A DNA stretch of 64,000 nucleotides from Candidatus Aminicenantes bacterium (GTDB taxonomy: Bacteria > Acidobacteriota > Aminicenantia > Aminicenantales > Saccharicenantaceae): assembly GCA_963809345.1 (NCBI GenBank), contig CAWEJF010000006.1, positions 21,242 to 85,241 on the forward strand, read 5' to 3'. How positions within the stretch are numbered: the stretch's first letter is position 1; every line of letters starts with the position of its first letter. This document shows, piece by piece, positions 54,501-63,513 of this stretch. The notes under the pieces are model-generated. The model was not told the origin of the DNA, searched no databases, and was given only the letters and a program-made list of their open reading frames with translations. The position numbers and the translations under genes were made by a program.

Positions 54501-57307
54501 TTCTCGGCGGCCCGGACGTTCCAGCCCCTGATCTTGACGACCGGAAGCTCGCCGCCCAAATCCTCGGTGTTGAAGAGGCCCGAGATCTTGCGCGTCTCCT
54601 TCGGCAGGAGCGTGATGTAGTTGTCGTCGAGATAGATCGGCAGGACGACCTCTCCGGACGTGTCGCGGACGACGCGGATCTCGATCATCAGGGCCAAATC
54701 GTCGGAGGGGTTCTCGAGCTCGACCGTGACCCTCGTCACCGGGCCGTCCTTCGAGGTCTTGTCCTTGACCTTGACGATCACCGGCTTGAGGGCGTTCAGG
54801 GCCGTGAGGTCGGCGAAGTCCTTGATGGGCGTGACATACCAGGTCCCGTTCTCCTCGTCGAGCGTCTCGGGCTTCGCCGACAGGCAATAGAAGTTCGCGT
54901 CGACGAGCTCATTCTTGCCCTTGAAGACGCGCAGGTCGAGGAAGTACGTCGGCGAGATGCCGGCCGGGAGGCGGAGGACGTCGATCGCCTTGACCTCGTC
55001 CGCGAGGAGCCCGAAGTCGACCGATTTCGAGACGACCTCCTTGAGGCCGAAGTCGAGGACGCGGATCGTGGCCCTGAGCTTGGGGGCGGGGGTCGCCGAG
55101 TTGTTGACCGCGGCGATCTCTTGGTTGCCGTAATTGTAGACGAGGTGGATGGGCTCGCCGGCCTTGCGGGCGCCGTAGAAGGCGCCGTTCGGCTGCAGGT
55201 AGTAGTCGTACAGCTGCCACCAGAGCTTGGGCCAGGCCGAGTTGTACATCCACTGGATGACGCCCGTCGCCTTATACTTGCTGGCGACGAAGGCCTCGAA
55301 CATGCCCCGCATGGCCTCGTAGTTCAGGAACTGGGCCTTGCGGAGGTAGTCCTCGAGGTCCTTGGCCGGGCCGAGGCGCTTGTCCATGGCCTCGTTGTAG
55401 CGCTTGAGGTCCTTGAACATGCCGCGGCTGCAGTGGAACTCCCAGAAGTCGTTGATGGGCCAGAGCTTGTCTTCCGGCATCATCTTTCGCAGGCTCTCGA
55501 GCGGCGGGACCTGCGGTCCGGGACCGGTCTCGGTGTTGAAGCCGTAGGCGCCGCCGTTCTTCGTGTCAACGTACCAGTAGACTGGCGGGACATAGTCGTA
55601 GGGGCCGAGCATCTTGACCCCCGACGGCCCCGTGATCTCGCTCGTCTTGCCCTTGGTCGAGACGAGCGTCGGCCGGGTCGGATCGATCTCTTTCATGATG
55701 GCGATGTAGCGGCGCTCGAGGTCGGGGTGGGGGACCATGTCGCTCGCCTCGGCCCAGACGAAGATCGAAGGGTGGTTGCGGAGCCAGAGGACCTGCTGCT
55801 TCCAGGAGTCGGCGGCGAGGTCGATGAGCTCCGGCGTGCTGATCCCGCCGTAGGGCTCGTCGGCGGGCCGGCCGAGATAGTCGGTCCATTCCCACTGGCA
55901 GCTCCATCCGACCATGACGAGAAGGCCGTTCTCGTCGCAGAGGTTGTAGAGGTCCTGGCTCGTCCCCCAGAAGCCCTCGAGCCGGAGGGTGTTGAGGTTC
56001 ATATGGCGGGCATAGAGGACCTCGGCTTGGAGCTTGCGGCGCTTGACGTCGAGGAGGAGGTCGTCGGCCCAGCCCCCGCCCCGGATGAGGATCTTGCGGC
56101 CGTTGAGCAGAAAGCCGCGGTAGCCCGCTTCCGTGCGGTAATCGGCGATCTCCCGGATGCCGAACCGGACGGTCCGTATATCCGAGGGCATGATCTGAGG
56201 CATGCCCGGCATCTTGCGGAGGTCCTTGTCCCGGGCCTTTTCCTCGCCCTTGGCGCGGGGCGTCTCGGGGACGGCCTCTTCGCCGCCCTTGTCCTTTTTC
56301 TGGATGAAGGAGAGCGACATGAGGTAGAGCTCGGGCTTGCCCAGGTCGTGGGTCCACCAGACCCGGGGGTCCTTGATGACGAGCTCAGGGGTCGTTTCGG
56401 GGGTGAGCTCGATCTTTTTCGTTTCGTGCGGGCGGAGGGTCACCTCGCGGGAGAAGCTCACGCCCTCGGTCCGGCCCCGGAGACTGCCGGTGACATCGGC
56501 GTCGGCGTAATTCACGAGATCGGCCGTGACGGTCAGCCGGGCCTCTTTGTTGGCCGGAATATCGAGCTTGGTGATGACGAAGGGGTTCTCGATCGAAACG
56601 TCGCCCGTGGCCCGGACCCGGACCTCTCGGAAGAGGCCCATGGCCCTGTCGGGAGGAGCCGGGTTCCAATCGACCCAGCCGATCGTGGGCTCGCCCGCCT
56701 TGGGCGGGAAGACCTCGACGGCCAGGACGTTCCTTTCGGAGCGCTTGACGTCCGCCGTCACGTCGATGAAGAACCGGCGGTAGGCGCCGTATGTCTCCGA
56801 GGCGTCGGCGATTCTCTTCCCGTTGAGCCAGATGTTGGCCCGGTAGTTGATGCCGTCGAATTCGAGCCGGGTCCGGCCGAGCCCAGGGGCCATGGGCACG
56901 GTGAACTCCTTGCGGTACCACCAGGAGACCTGGAACGGCGCCGTCGGGACGTTCTCGAGGTTCTTGCCGAAGAAGATGTCCGGATAGACGTTGTTCTCGA
57001 CGAGCGTCCCGAGGACGGTCGAGGGCACGACGGCCGGATACCAGGATTCGATCTTGAAGCCGGGGACCGAGATCTGGTCTCCTGTCCCTTTGGCCTTCTC
57101 GGAGGACTGAATATACCAGAGGTCGCTGAGGTTGGCGCTGAGCTCGATGGGCATCCCCATCTTGGCCCTCGGCTCGGGCCTGTTCTGCATCTGGGACGAA
57201 TATTGGGCCGGGCTGGCGGGGGGAAGCGCGGCCAGGACGGCCAGAAGGCCGGCGGCCGCGGCGAGCTTGGCGGAGATCCCGAGGGAACGATTGCGGTTGG
57301 TCGTCAT
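54497..57307 (-). CDS. csxA: Secreted GH2 exo-beta-D-glucosaminidase (CsxA-like)
   Basis: GINYRANIWLNG, IRGGGW, NHPSIFVWAEASD (Asp acid/base), GPYDYVPP and FNTETGPG (Glu nucleophile); signal peptide. Confidence 0.85.
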   Translation of the reverse strand: MTTNRNRSLGISAKLAAAAGLLAVLAALPPASPAQYSSQMQNRPEPRAKMGMPIELSANLSDLWYIQSSEKAKGTGDQISVPGFKIESWYPAVVPSTVLGTLVENNVYPDIFFGKNLENVPTAPFQVSWWYRKEFTVPMAPGLGRTRLEFDGINYRANIWLNGKRIADASETYGAYRRFFIDVTADVKRSERNVLAVEVFPPKAGEPTIGWVDWNPAPPDRAMGLFREVRVRATGDVSIENPFVITKLDIPANKEARLTVTADLVNYADADVTGSLRGRTEGVSFSREVTLRPHETKKIELTPETTPELVIKDPRVWWTHDLGKPELYLMSLSFIQKKDKGGEEAVPETPRAKGEEKARDKDLRKMPGMPQIMPSDIRTVRFGIREIADYRTEAGYRGFLLNGRKILIRGGGWADDLLLDVKRRKLQAEVLYARHMNLNTLRLEGFWGTSQDLYNLCDENGLLVMVGWSCQWEWTDYLGRPADEPYGGISTPELIDLAADSWKQQVLWLRNHPSIFVWAEASDMVPHPDLERRYIAIMKEIDPTRPTLVSTKGKTSEITGPSGVKMLGPYDYVPPVYWYVDTKNGGAYGFNTETGPGPQVPPLESLRKMMPEDKLWPINDFWEFHCSRGMFKDLKRYNEAMDKRLGPAKDLEDYLRKAQFLNYEAMRGMFEAFVASKYKATGVIQWMYNSAWPKLWWQLYDYYLQPNGAFYGARKAGEPIHLVYNYGNQEIAAVNNSATPAPKLRATIRVLDFGLKEVVSKSVDFGLLADEVKAIDVLRLPAGISPTYFLDLRVFKGKNELVDANFYCLSAKPETLDEENGTWYVTPIKDFADLTALNALKPVIVKVKDKTSKDGPVTRVTVELENPSDDLALMIEIRVVRDTSGEVVLPIYLDDNYITLLPKETRKISGLFNTEDLGGELPVVKIRGWNVRAAEK

Positions 57308-57325
57308 GAGGCCTCCCAAAGAAAG

Positions 57326-57342
57326 GATATAACTATTATATC
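57326..57342 (-). promoter_or_regulatory. Palindromic operator overlapping the -10 box of the GH2 gene
   Basis: GATATAA-CTA-TTATATC; minus-strand TATAAT at 57335-57340. Confidence 0.55.
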
Positions 57343-57392
57343 GGAAACTCACCGGCCTGGCCAAACCTTTGCCCCGCTAAAATACCCCCCTA

Positions 57393-57446
57393 AAATGGGG
57401 ACGCTTCTATTTTATTTCCGAGGGAAAAATAGAAGCGTCCCCATTT
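57393..57446. repeat. GGGGACG palindromic repeat, copy 2 (perfect 21-bp arms)
   Basis: AAATGGGGACGCTTCTATTTT / AAAATAGAAGCGTCCCCATTT with a 12-nt loop. Confidence 0.88.
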
Positions 57447-60322
57447 CTTATCAACAGGGTCAGGATGCCGAAGGCGGGGGCATCGAGCGGACTTGAGACG
57501 CGTGGCCCCTCGGCCCCGGAGAGGCCGCTGAGAAAGACACGGCCGTCCCTGTAGGCTTGGCCGGAGAGGAGGAGCTTCTCCGGCTGGGACGAGGCGTTGA
57601 GGAGCCGCAGGAGCCAGGCCCGGCCGTCGGCGGCGGGTTTGAGCGACATAACGACGAAGGCCGGCGAGTCGACAGCCAGCGGAAACCGGGGCAAGGGGGA
57701 GGCGGGATCGGCTGGGACGGGGACAAGCGGAGTGGCGGCTTCCAAGCCGAGCTTCTTGGCCGTGGCCGTGTCCGAGCCGCGGTGTGGCGTCACAGCATAG
57801 CGCAGGATGACCGGCCCTTCCTGGTCGGCCTTGAAGTTCGTATGCCAGTAGTTGTTCATGACATAGGAGAACAGGTGGGTGGACGGCGCGAGCTCTTGAA
57901 GCCAGACCCGCCGTTCGCCCTGGCGCGGGGTCTCGTCCGTGACGGCGCCGATCTCGACGAGCGGGGCGTCGAGCGATGTCCAGGTCAGGCCGAAGCCCCC
58001 GCCGGAGATATCGACGCTGTCACGCGCGCAGAAGAAATCGCGGCAGGCCCCGGCGATCTGGTCGGTCTCCGGGCGGACGAAGCCCCAGCCGACGTCGACG
58101 CGGGCCGCGCCGCCGGGAAGGGCAAAGGGGAAGGCGATGTGGACGCTCTCCTTTTCCCGGACCTTTTCCTTGTCGATGGTCACGGCGATCTCGAGCCGCG
58201 GCAAACCGTCGACGAGCCGATATTCGCGCACGAGTCCCTTCGCTCCCGGCGCGTCCGAGTCCACGATGAGCGAGGCGACGAGAGGTCCCGGCTCGCCGAT
58301 CCGGATCTTGATGGCTGAGGCCGTCCGGGCGGTCTTCGGATCGACCCCGGGGACGTAGATATAGTGGGCGAGGCCCGATCGCTCAGCCCGGTCCACGAGC
58401 TCGCGGGCTGGGGTCGAGCCGTGCGTCCAGCGAAGGCTCTCCACTGCGCCCGTCTCCGGACCGATGGCCGCGCCGATCGTCGCATTCGATAAGACAGACC
58501 CGGTGACGCCGGCCCCGCCCTTTTTCGGGCCTGGCCCAGCGTCGACGGTGTACCGCTTGGCGCCGAAACCCGGCACCGCCGAGGCGAGGAACGCCAACTC
58601 GCCCGTCCGGAGCCGCTGCGATGGCACGACCGCGCCCCCGCTATCACGGACGAGGTCGCCGGCGGCGCTCATCGCGGCGGGGACGGTGACAAGATCCGTT
58701 CGTTCCCAAGAGCAGGTGTTGACGACATCGATGGCCTTCCCGGCCGCTCTTGAGGCTTCCGTGCGGCCTCTTCCTGCCGCCGCTTCGAAAAGCTCGCGGG
58801 ACAGCCGTTCGGCCCTGTCGGCGAAGGCCTTCTTGTATTCCCATTGGGCCCGCGGTCCCTCGCCGTCCGGGTTCGAGACGCTGTCGGACGCGCCCCAGGT
58901 GTGCTCGCTGAAAAGCACGACCTGGCGCCAGTCCTCCTCGTCCTTCGCCGCCGGGAACCCGTCCCGGCCCAGGATGGACCATAGCGCCTCCGCTTGGACG
59001 AGCCGTTCCGCCGCGGCGCGGCTCATGGCCGTTTCCCTGGCCGTCGAGGCCGCCCCGTCCTCCCAGTAACCGGTGAAGTCGCCGCGGACCTCCGGGATCG
59101 CCGCCCCGTGCCGCCGTTCGAACTCGGCGAACATCTCCGAGGCCGTGGCGATGACGATGCGGGGCGAGACGTACTTCTCGTTCCAGCTCCGGACCGTGTC
59201 GGCGAGGTCCGCGTCCGGCGGCCCGTTGTCGCCCCCGACCGTGTAGCGCACCTGGACCATGGAGTATGGGTAGCTCTTCTCGGCGAGCTCGTCCATGTAC
59301 TCGAAGACGCGGTACGGCGGGGCCTTGACGAGGGAGCCCATGTTGAGGCCGTGGAACCACGAGTAGCCGCGGCCGGCCATCCAGAAGAGGACCCGCTCCC
59401 GGCCCGACGGCGAGCGCCAGTAGAACGGCTTGTCGCCCCAGGCTTTGAGCGCCCAACCGATCCTGTCCCCGCCGTCGAACAGGCTCGGCATGTAATTCGG
59501 CCCGCTCGAGACATACTTGATCCCGGCCAGGGCCAAGGCCGGAACGAGCGACCAGGATTGGCCGGGGATATCGGTCACCATGACGGAGTCCACGGGCACG
59601 CCGGCAAGCCGCCCGAGCCCCCGGGCGAAGTCGGTCAGATGGATGAGCTCCTCGGGATGACAGAGGCCGGTCAGGACGCCGGCCAGCGTCGCCTGGAGCC
59701 CGATCGTTCCCTTGCGCAAGCCATCGATGAGCGCCTCCTTGTCGGCTTCTCCGGCCTGCCGGAAATAGGTCTCGATGGCCCAGGCCTGTTCCGTGTTCCA
59801 TTTGAATCGCGCGCCCTCGGGGTAGGCGGCCGACTTCCCGGCCAGGGCGATCGCTTCCTTGATATATCGCCAGTGGTTCTTTTCGACGACGGGCTGCGGG
59901 TCGGAATAGCCGATGTCGACGTGGGAGTGGGGGAGAAGCCAGATCTCCCGGGGCACGACCGGCTTGACCGTGAGCGCGCCGCCCCGGACGGAGCCATCGT
60001 CGAGAACGACTTCGAAAGTGACAACGCCCTCGCTAGCGACGGCGGGGATGAGGAACTCCAGGGCATTGTACCCGAGCTTCAGTTCGAGCCGCGCTTTTTC
60101 CGTGCCGCAAGTGACGAGCGCCCCCCCGGGAAGGGCGAGGTGGCTGATCTCGACGCGCACGATCTGGAACGCCCGGCCGTCCTTCCGGACCAGGGCCTGT
60201 TCGCTCCGGGCCCGAACGTCGCGGCGGAGGTCGTCGCGGAAGACCATGTACCAATCGTTCGAGCTGGCCTTTTCCCCGATGACCCTGAGCGTGAGGGGCC
60301 GTCCCGGCCGCCTCATCTTCAT
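57407..60322 (-). CDS. GH38-like alpha-mannosidase family protein
   Basis: HSHVDIGY, FKWNTE, MVTDIPG and YWEDG; start overlaps the GH29 stop (ATGA); no signal peptide. Confidence 0.82.
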   Translation of the reverse strand: MKMRRPGRPLTLRVIGEKASSNDWYMVFRDDLRRDVRARSEQALVRKDGRAFQIVRVEISHLALPGGALVTCGTEKARLELKLGYNALEFLIPAVASEGVVTFEVVLDDGSVRGGALTVKPVVPREIWLLPHSHVDIGYSDPQPVVEKNHWRYIKEAIALAGKSAAYPEGARFKWNTEQAWAIETYFRQAGEADKEALIDGLRKGTIGLQATLAGVLTGLCHPEELIHLTDFARGLGRLAGVPVDSVMVTDIPGQSWSLVPALALAGIKYVSSGPNYMPSLFDGGDRIGWALKAWGDKPFYWRSPSGRERVLFWMAGRGYSWFHGLNMGSLVKAPPYRVFEYMDELAEKSYPYSMVQVRYTVGGDNGPPDADLADTVRSWNEKYVSPRIVIATASEMFAEFERRHGAAIPEVRGDFTGYWEDGAASTARETAMSRAAAERLVQAEALWSILGRDGFPAAKDEEDWRQVVLFSEHTWGASDSVSNPDGEGPRAQWEYKKAFADRAERLSRELFEAAAGRGRTEASRAAGKAIDVVNTCSWERTDLVTVPAAMSAAGDLVRDSGGAVVPSQRLRTGELAFLASAVPGFGAKRYTVDAGPGPKKGGAGVTGSVLSNATIGAAIGPETGAVESLRWTHGSTPARELVDRAERSGLAHYIYVPGVDPKTARTASAIKIRIGEPGPLVASLIVDSDAPGAKGLVREYRLVDGLPRLEIAVTIDKEKVREKESVHIAFPFALPGGAARVDVGWGFVRPETDQIAGACRDFFCARDSVDISGGGFGLTWTSLDAPLVEIGAVTDETPRQGERRVWLQELAPSTHLFSYVMNNYWHTNFKADQEGPVILRYAVTPHRGSDTATAKKLGLEAATPLVPVPADPASPLPRFPLAVDSPAFVVMSLKPAADGRAWLLRLLNASSQPEKLLLSGQAYRDGRVFLSGLSGAEGPRVSSPLDAPAFGILTLLIRNGDASIFPSEIK

Positions 60323-61779
60323 CCCGCCACCCTCGCGCCCGCCTTGGCCGCTTTGAGCTTGAAGACCCAGGCGTCCTTGCAGGGAGGCTTCTCGACGGCG
60401 GCGCGCGGCAGGGTCAGCAGCGCGCCCCGGCCGACCTTCTCCCAGCGCACGGGCTCGCGGACCCCGAGCATCCGGACGACGCTCCCGGCCTCGGGCGCGA
60501 TGGACGTCAGCATCAGCTTTGGCGGCGGAGCGGACTCGCCGTCCCCGGCGAGGACGATGGCATAGACCGTGCCGTCCGCGAGGGAAGTGAAGCAGGTCTG
60601 GGCCTCTCTGTAAGGGGCGATCGGCCGCGTGCCGTAGATGGCCTCGCCGTTGACGCGCATCCACTCCCCGATCTCCTCGAGCCGGACGAGCGATTCGGCG
60701 GGCAGCTCTCCCTCGGGGCTGGGCCCGATGTTGAGCAGGAAATTGCCGCCCTTGGAGACGATGTCGACGAGAAGATGAACGAGCCGGCGCGTCGATTTGT
60801 AGGCGTCATTCGGCTTGAACGACCACGAGTTGCCCATGGTCATGCAGGTTTCCCAGGCGTAGGGGAGGGGCTTCTCGGGGACCTCCTGTTCGGGCGTCCG
60901 GTAGTTCTCGTAGCGCCCGGTGACGGTCCGGTCGACGATGAGGATCCCCGGCTGGAGGCGACGGGCCATGGCCGCGATCTTCGGCATGTCGATGTCCATG
61001 TTCTTCGGGTTCTTGACGAAATGCCCGGGAGCGATCTCGGTCATCGGTTGGGGCCGGACCCAGCCGCCGTCGAACCAGAGGACGTCGAGCGGGCCGTACC
61101 CGGAGGCGAGCTCCTCGATCTGCCGGAAGGTGAAATCGCGGAAGCGCTGCCAGCGGTCCGGGTACTTGTCGATGCTGTAGTTGACGTTCCGGTCGGGCGT
61201 CGCCCATTCAGGCGCCCAGAAGTCGGGGTGGTGCCAGTCGGGCTTGGAGAAGTAGGCGCCCACGCCCATCCCCCGGGCCCGGAAAGCGTCGAAAATGGCC
61301 TTGGCGACGTCGGCACGGGGGTCCGTGCGGAACGGCACATCCGGTCCTGTGATGCGGTAATCCGTTTGCCGCGTGTCGAACATGGAGAAACCGTCATGAT
61401 GCTTGGTCGTGAAGACGACGTAGCGCATGCCGGCCGACTTGGCGGCCGCGGCCCACGCCGCGGGATCGAACTTCGTCGGGTTGAAGGTGCGCGGCAGGGC
61501 CTCGTAGGCCTTCTTGTAGGCGCAGTAGTCGTCCATCGTGCGGCGGCACCAGGGCTCATCCTCGGAGCAGAGGGTCCAGGACTCGACGACACCCCACTGA
61601 CTGTAGGGGCCCCAGTGCATCATGAGGCCGAACTTCCAATCCTGCCAGCGGTCGAGTTTGGCCAGGACGAGGGGGTCGGTCTCCCGGTCGGCGTCGGAGA
61701 CCTGGGCGGACGCGGAGATGGATAAGGTCGCCAGGACGATCCCGGTGACGATTGACGAGACGAGGCCGGCGGACTTCAT
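60319..61779 (-). CDS. Secreted GH29 alpha-L-fucosidase
   Basis: KFGLMMHWG, TTKHHDGF, LWFDGGW, WETCMT and SKGGNFLLNIGP. Confidence 0.93.
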   Translation of the reverse strand: MKSAGLVSSIVTGIVLATLSISASAQVSDADRETDPLVLAKLDRWQDWKFGLMMHWGPYSQWGVVESWTLCSEDEPWCRRTMDDYCAYKKAYEALPRTFNPTKFDPAAWAAAAKSAGMRYVVFTTKHHDGFSMFDTRQTDYRITGPDVPFRTDPRADVAKAIFDAFRARGMGVGAYFSKPDWHHPDFWAPEWATPDRNVNYSIDKYPDRWQRFRDFTFRQIEELASGYGPLDVLWFDGGWVRPQPMTEIAPGHFVKNPKNMDIDMPKIAAMARRLQPGILIVDRTVTGRYENYRTPEQEVPEKPLPYAWETCMTMGNSWSFKPNDAYKSTRRLVHLLVDIVSKGGNFLLNIGPSPEGELPAESLVRLEEIGEWMRVNGEAIYGTRPIAPYREAQTCFTSLADGTVYAIVLAGDGESAPPPKLMLTSIAPEAGSVVRMLGVREPVRWEKVGRGALLTLPRAAVEKPPCKDAWVFKLKAAKAGARVAG

Positions 61780-61839
61780 CGGGGCCCTCCTGCGAGGCGG
61801 CTTACCCGGGCATTATAGCAAACCCGGGCCGCGGGGGAT

Positions 61840-63168
61840 TCAGGGAACTTTCTTCCCCGCCGCCTTGGCGGCCTTCGCTTGGTGATCGAAAATGATATTG
61901 GCCATCAGGTCGACGCCGATGGGGATGGCGGCCTCGTCGGCGATGAAGGTCGGGGAGTGGACGGCCGTCGCCTCGAGCTCCGGCGGAACGACGCCCAGGT
62001 TGAACATCACGGCCGGGGCGATCTTGCCGAAATAGCTGAAATCCTCGCCACCCATCTCCGGCTTCTGCTCGACGAGGGCCGCTTTCGAGCCCAGGACGCG
62101 CTCGGCCGTGGCCAGGGCACCGGCGGTCAGGGCCGGGTCGTTGTAGACCGAGGCCGTCCCGATCTTGAAATCCAGGCTAAACGGGGCCCCTGCCGCCTCG
62201 CAGATCCCTGTGACCAGGCGGGTGATCTTCTCCTTAAGCGCCTGACGCTGGGCCTCTCCGTAGCTCCGGGCGGTGGCCTCGAGCTTGGCCGACTGCGGGA
62301 TGATATTACGAGCGCTCCCGGCGTGGAAAGAGCCGACGGTGATGACAGTATCGTTACGGACGCTGATCTCCCGGGAGATCATGACCTGGAGAGCGGTAAC
62401 GATCTCGGCGCCGACGACGACAGGGTCGACACAAAGATTTGGGTTTGCCCCATGGCAGCCCTCGGAATCGATCCTGAGGTCGAAGTCGTCGACATTCGCC
62501 GTCATAAAACCGGAAGTGTAGCCTATCTTGCCGGCCTTAAGGGTGTCGTCGACATGGTAAGCGAAGAAAGCCTCGGGGACGATGTCCCTAAATGCGCCCT
62601 CCGTGATCATCGGGGACGCCCCACCTCCCTCGATTTCCTCGGCGGGCTGAGCGACGAAGACGACCGTGCCGGGAAGTTCCGCCTTGACGGAGGCCAGCAC
62701 GGCGGCGACGCCGAGAAGGACGGTCGTGTGGATATCGTGCCCGCAGGCGTGCATGACCCCCGTCTCGCGGCCTTCGACGACGGTCTTCTCCTTCGAAGCG
62801 AAGGGGAGACCGGTCTCTTCGGTAATGGGCAGGGCGTCCATGTCGCCGCGCATGGCTACAACGGGACCGGGCTTGCCGCCCTTGAGGATGGCGATGACGC
62901 CCGTCTTGGCGTAGCCCGTCCGGACATCGAGGCCGAGCTTGCGGAAGTAGTCGGCGACGATGGCGGACGTCCGCGTCTCCTGGAGGCCGAGCTCGGGGTG
63001 GCAGTGGATGTCCTGCCGGATAGCGATGAGCTCCGGAGCGAGCTTGTCGGTCAGGGCCTTGACCTTCTTCTCGAGCGGTGTTGCGGGATACGCGGCGGCC
63101 CGGACGACGGGCGCGACGGCGAGAACGGTGAGAATCAGGACCGACGCTGCGAGCGGACGTTTCTTCAT
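61840..63168 (-). CDS. Secreted M20 family amidohydrolase
   Basis: HPELG, RGDMDALP, MHACGHD, QPAEE, GGEDFS and HSPTF; signal peptide; GAGGAGG SD. Confidence 0.92.
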   Translation of the reverse strand: MKKRPLAASVLILTVLAVAPVVRAAAYPATPLEKKVKALTDKLAPELIAIRQDIHCHPELGLQETRTSAIVADYFRKLGLDVRTGYAKTGVIAILKGGKPGPVVAMRGDMDALPITEETGLPFASKEKTVVEGRETGVMHACGHDIHTTVLLGVAAVLASVKAELPGTVVFVAQPAEEIEGGGASPMITEGAFRDIVPEAFFAYHVDDTLKAGKIGYTSGFMTANVDDFDLRIDSEGCHGANPNLCVDPVVVGAEIVTALQVMISREISVRNDTVITVGSFHAGSARNIIPQSAKLEATARSYGEAQRQALKEKITRLVTGICEAAGAPFSLDFKIGTASVYNDPALTAGALATAERVLGSKAALVEQKPEMGGEDFSYFGKIAPAVMFNLGVVPPELEATAVHSPTFIADEAAIPIGVDLMANIIFDHQAKAAKAAGKKVP

Positions 63169-63236
63169 GGATTCCTCCTCAAAGATCACGGAGGGCTATG
63201 GTAGCCGAAACGGGGGTGCCCTATCAAACCGTGTTT

Positions 63237-63267
63237 AAAAAAACCCCCATCCCTCAGGGGATGGGGG
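63237..63267 (-). terminator. Intrinsic terminator of the candidate sRNA
   Basis: CCCCCATCCC/GGGATGGGGG stem followed by T7 on the minus strand. Confidence 0.8.
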
Positions 63268-63366
63268 CCCATCGAGGAGGAGAAAAGGTGCAAGGAGGGC
63301 CTGGAGAGGAATCCCCGTATCCGCCCCGTTTTTCGCAATAGCCTTGGATGAGGCCCTCCTTGCGAT
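63237..63366 (-). ncRNA. Candidate ~130-nt small RNA
   Basis: Promoter TTGACC(63401-63396)-17 bp-GAGAAT(63378-63373), 13-bp 5' stem, CU-rich linker, terminator. Confidence 0.5.
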
Positions 63367-63457
63367 AGCCCGATTCTCCCAGGCGAGGGCGGGCCGGTCA
63401 ATCGCCTGAAGCGGGGGTTGCCGAGGTGAATTGCCCTCCTCGGCGAGGTGATGCCGG

Positions 63458-63486
63458 TTGACCCCTTCTTTTTAAATCAGTATGAT
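63458..63486 (+). promoter_or_regulatory. Sigma70 promoter of the GMP synthase B gene
   Basis: TTGACC-17 bp-TATGAT. Confidence 0.65.
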
Positions 63487-63513
63487 GAGGCGAAACAACA
63501 GAGGGAGGCCCCC

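Noticed and set aside
53364-54887. 507-aa ORF as a single real protein
   Set aside because: It is a chimera: an off-frame GH2 overlap, the true deacetylase from ATG 54500, and post-frameshift junk.
63186-63401. 71-aa minus-strand ORF
   Set aside because: Its TTG start is the -35 hexamer, it runs through a terminator, and it has no coding signature.
63487-63513. Purine riboswitch upstream of guaA
   Set aside because: The predicted promoter leaves only ~20 nt of leader.
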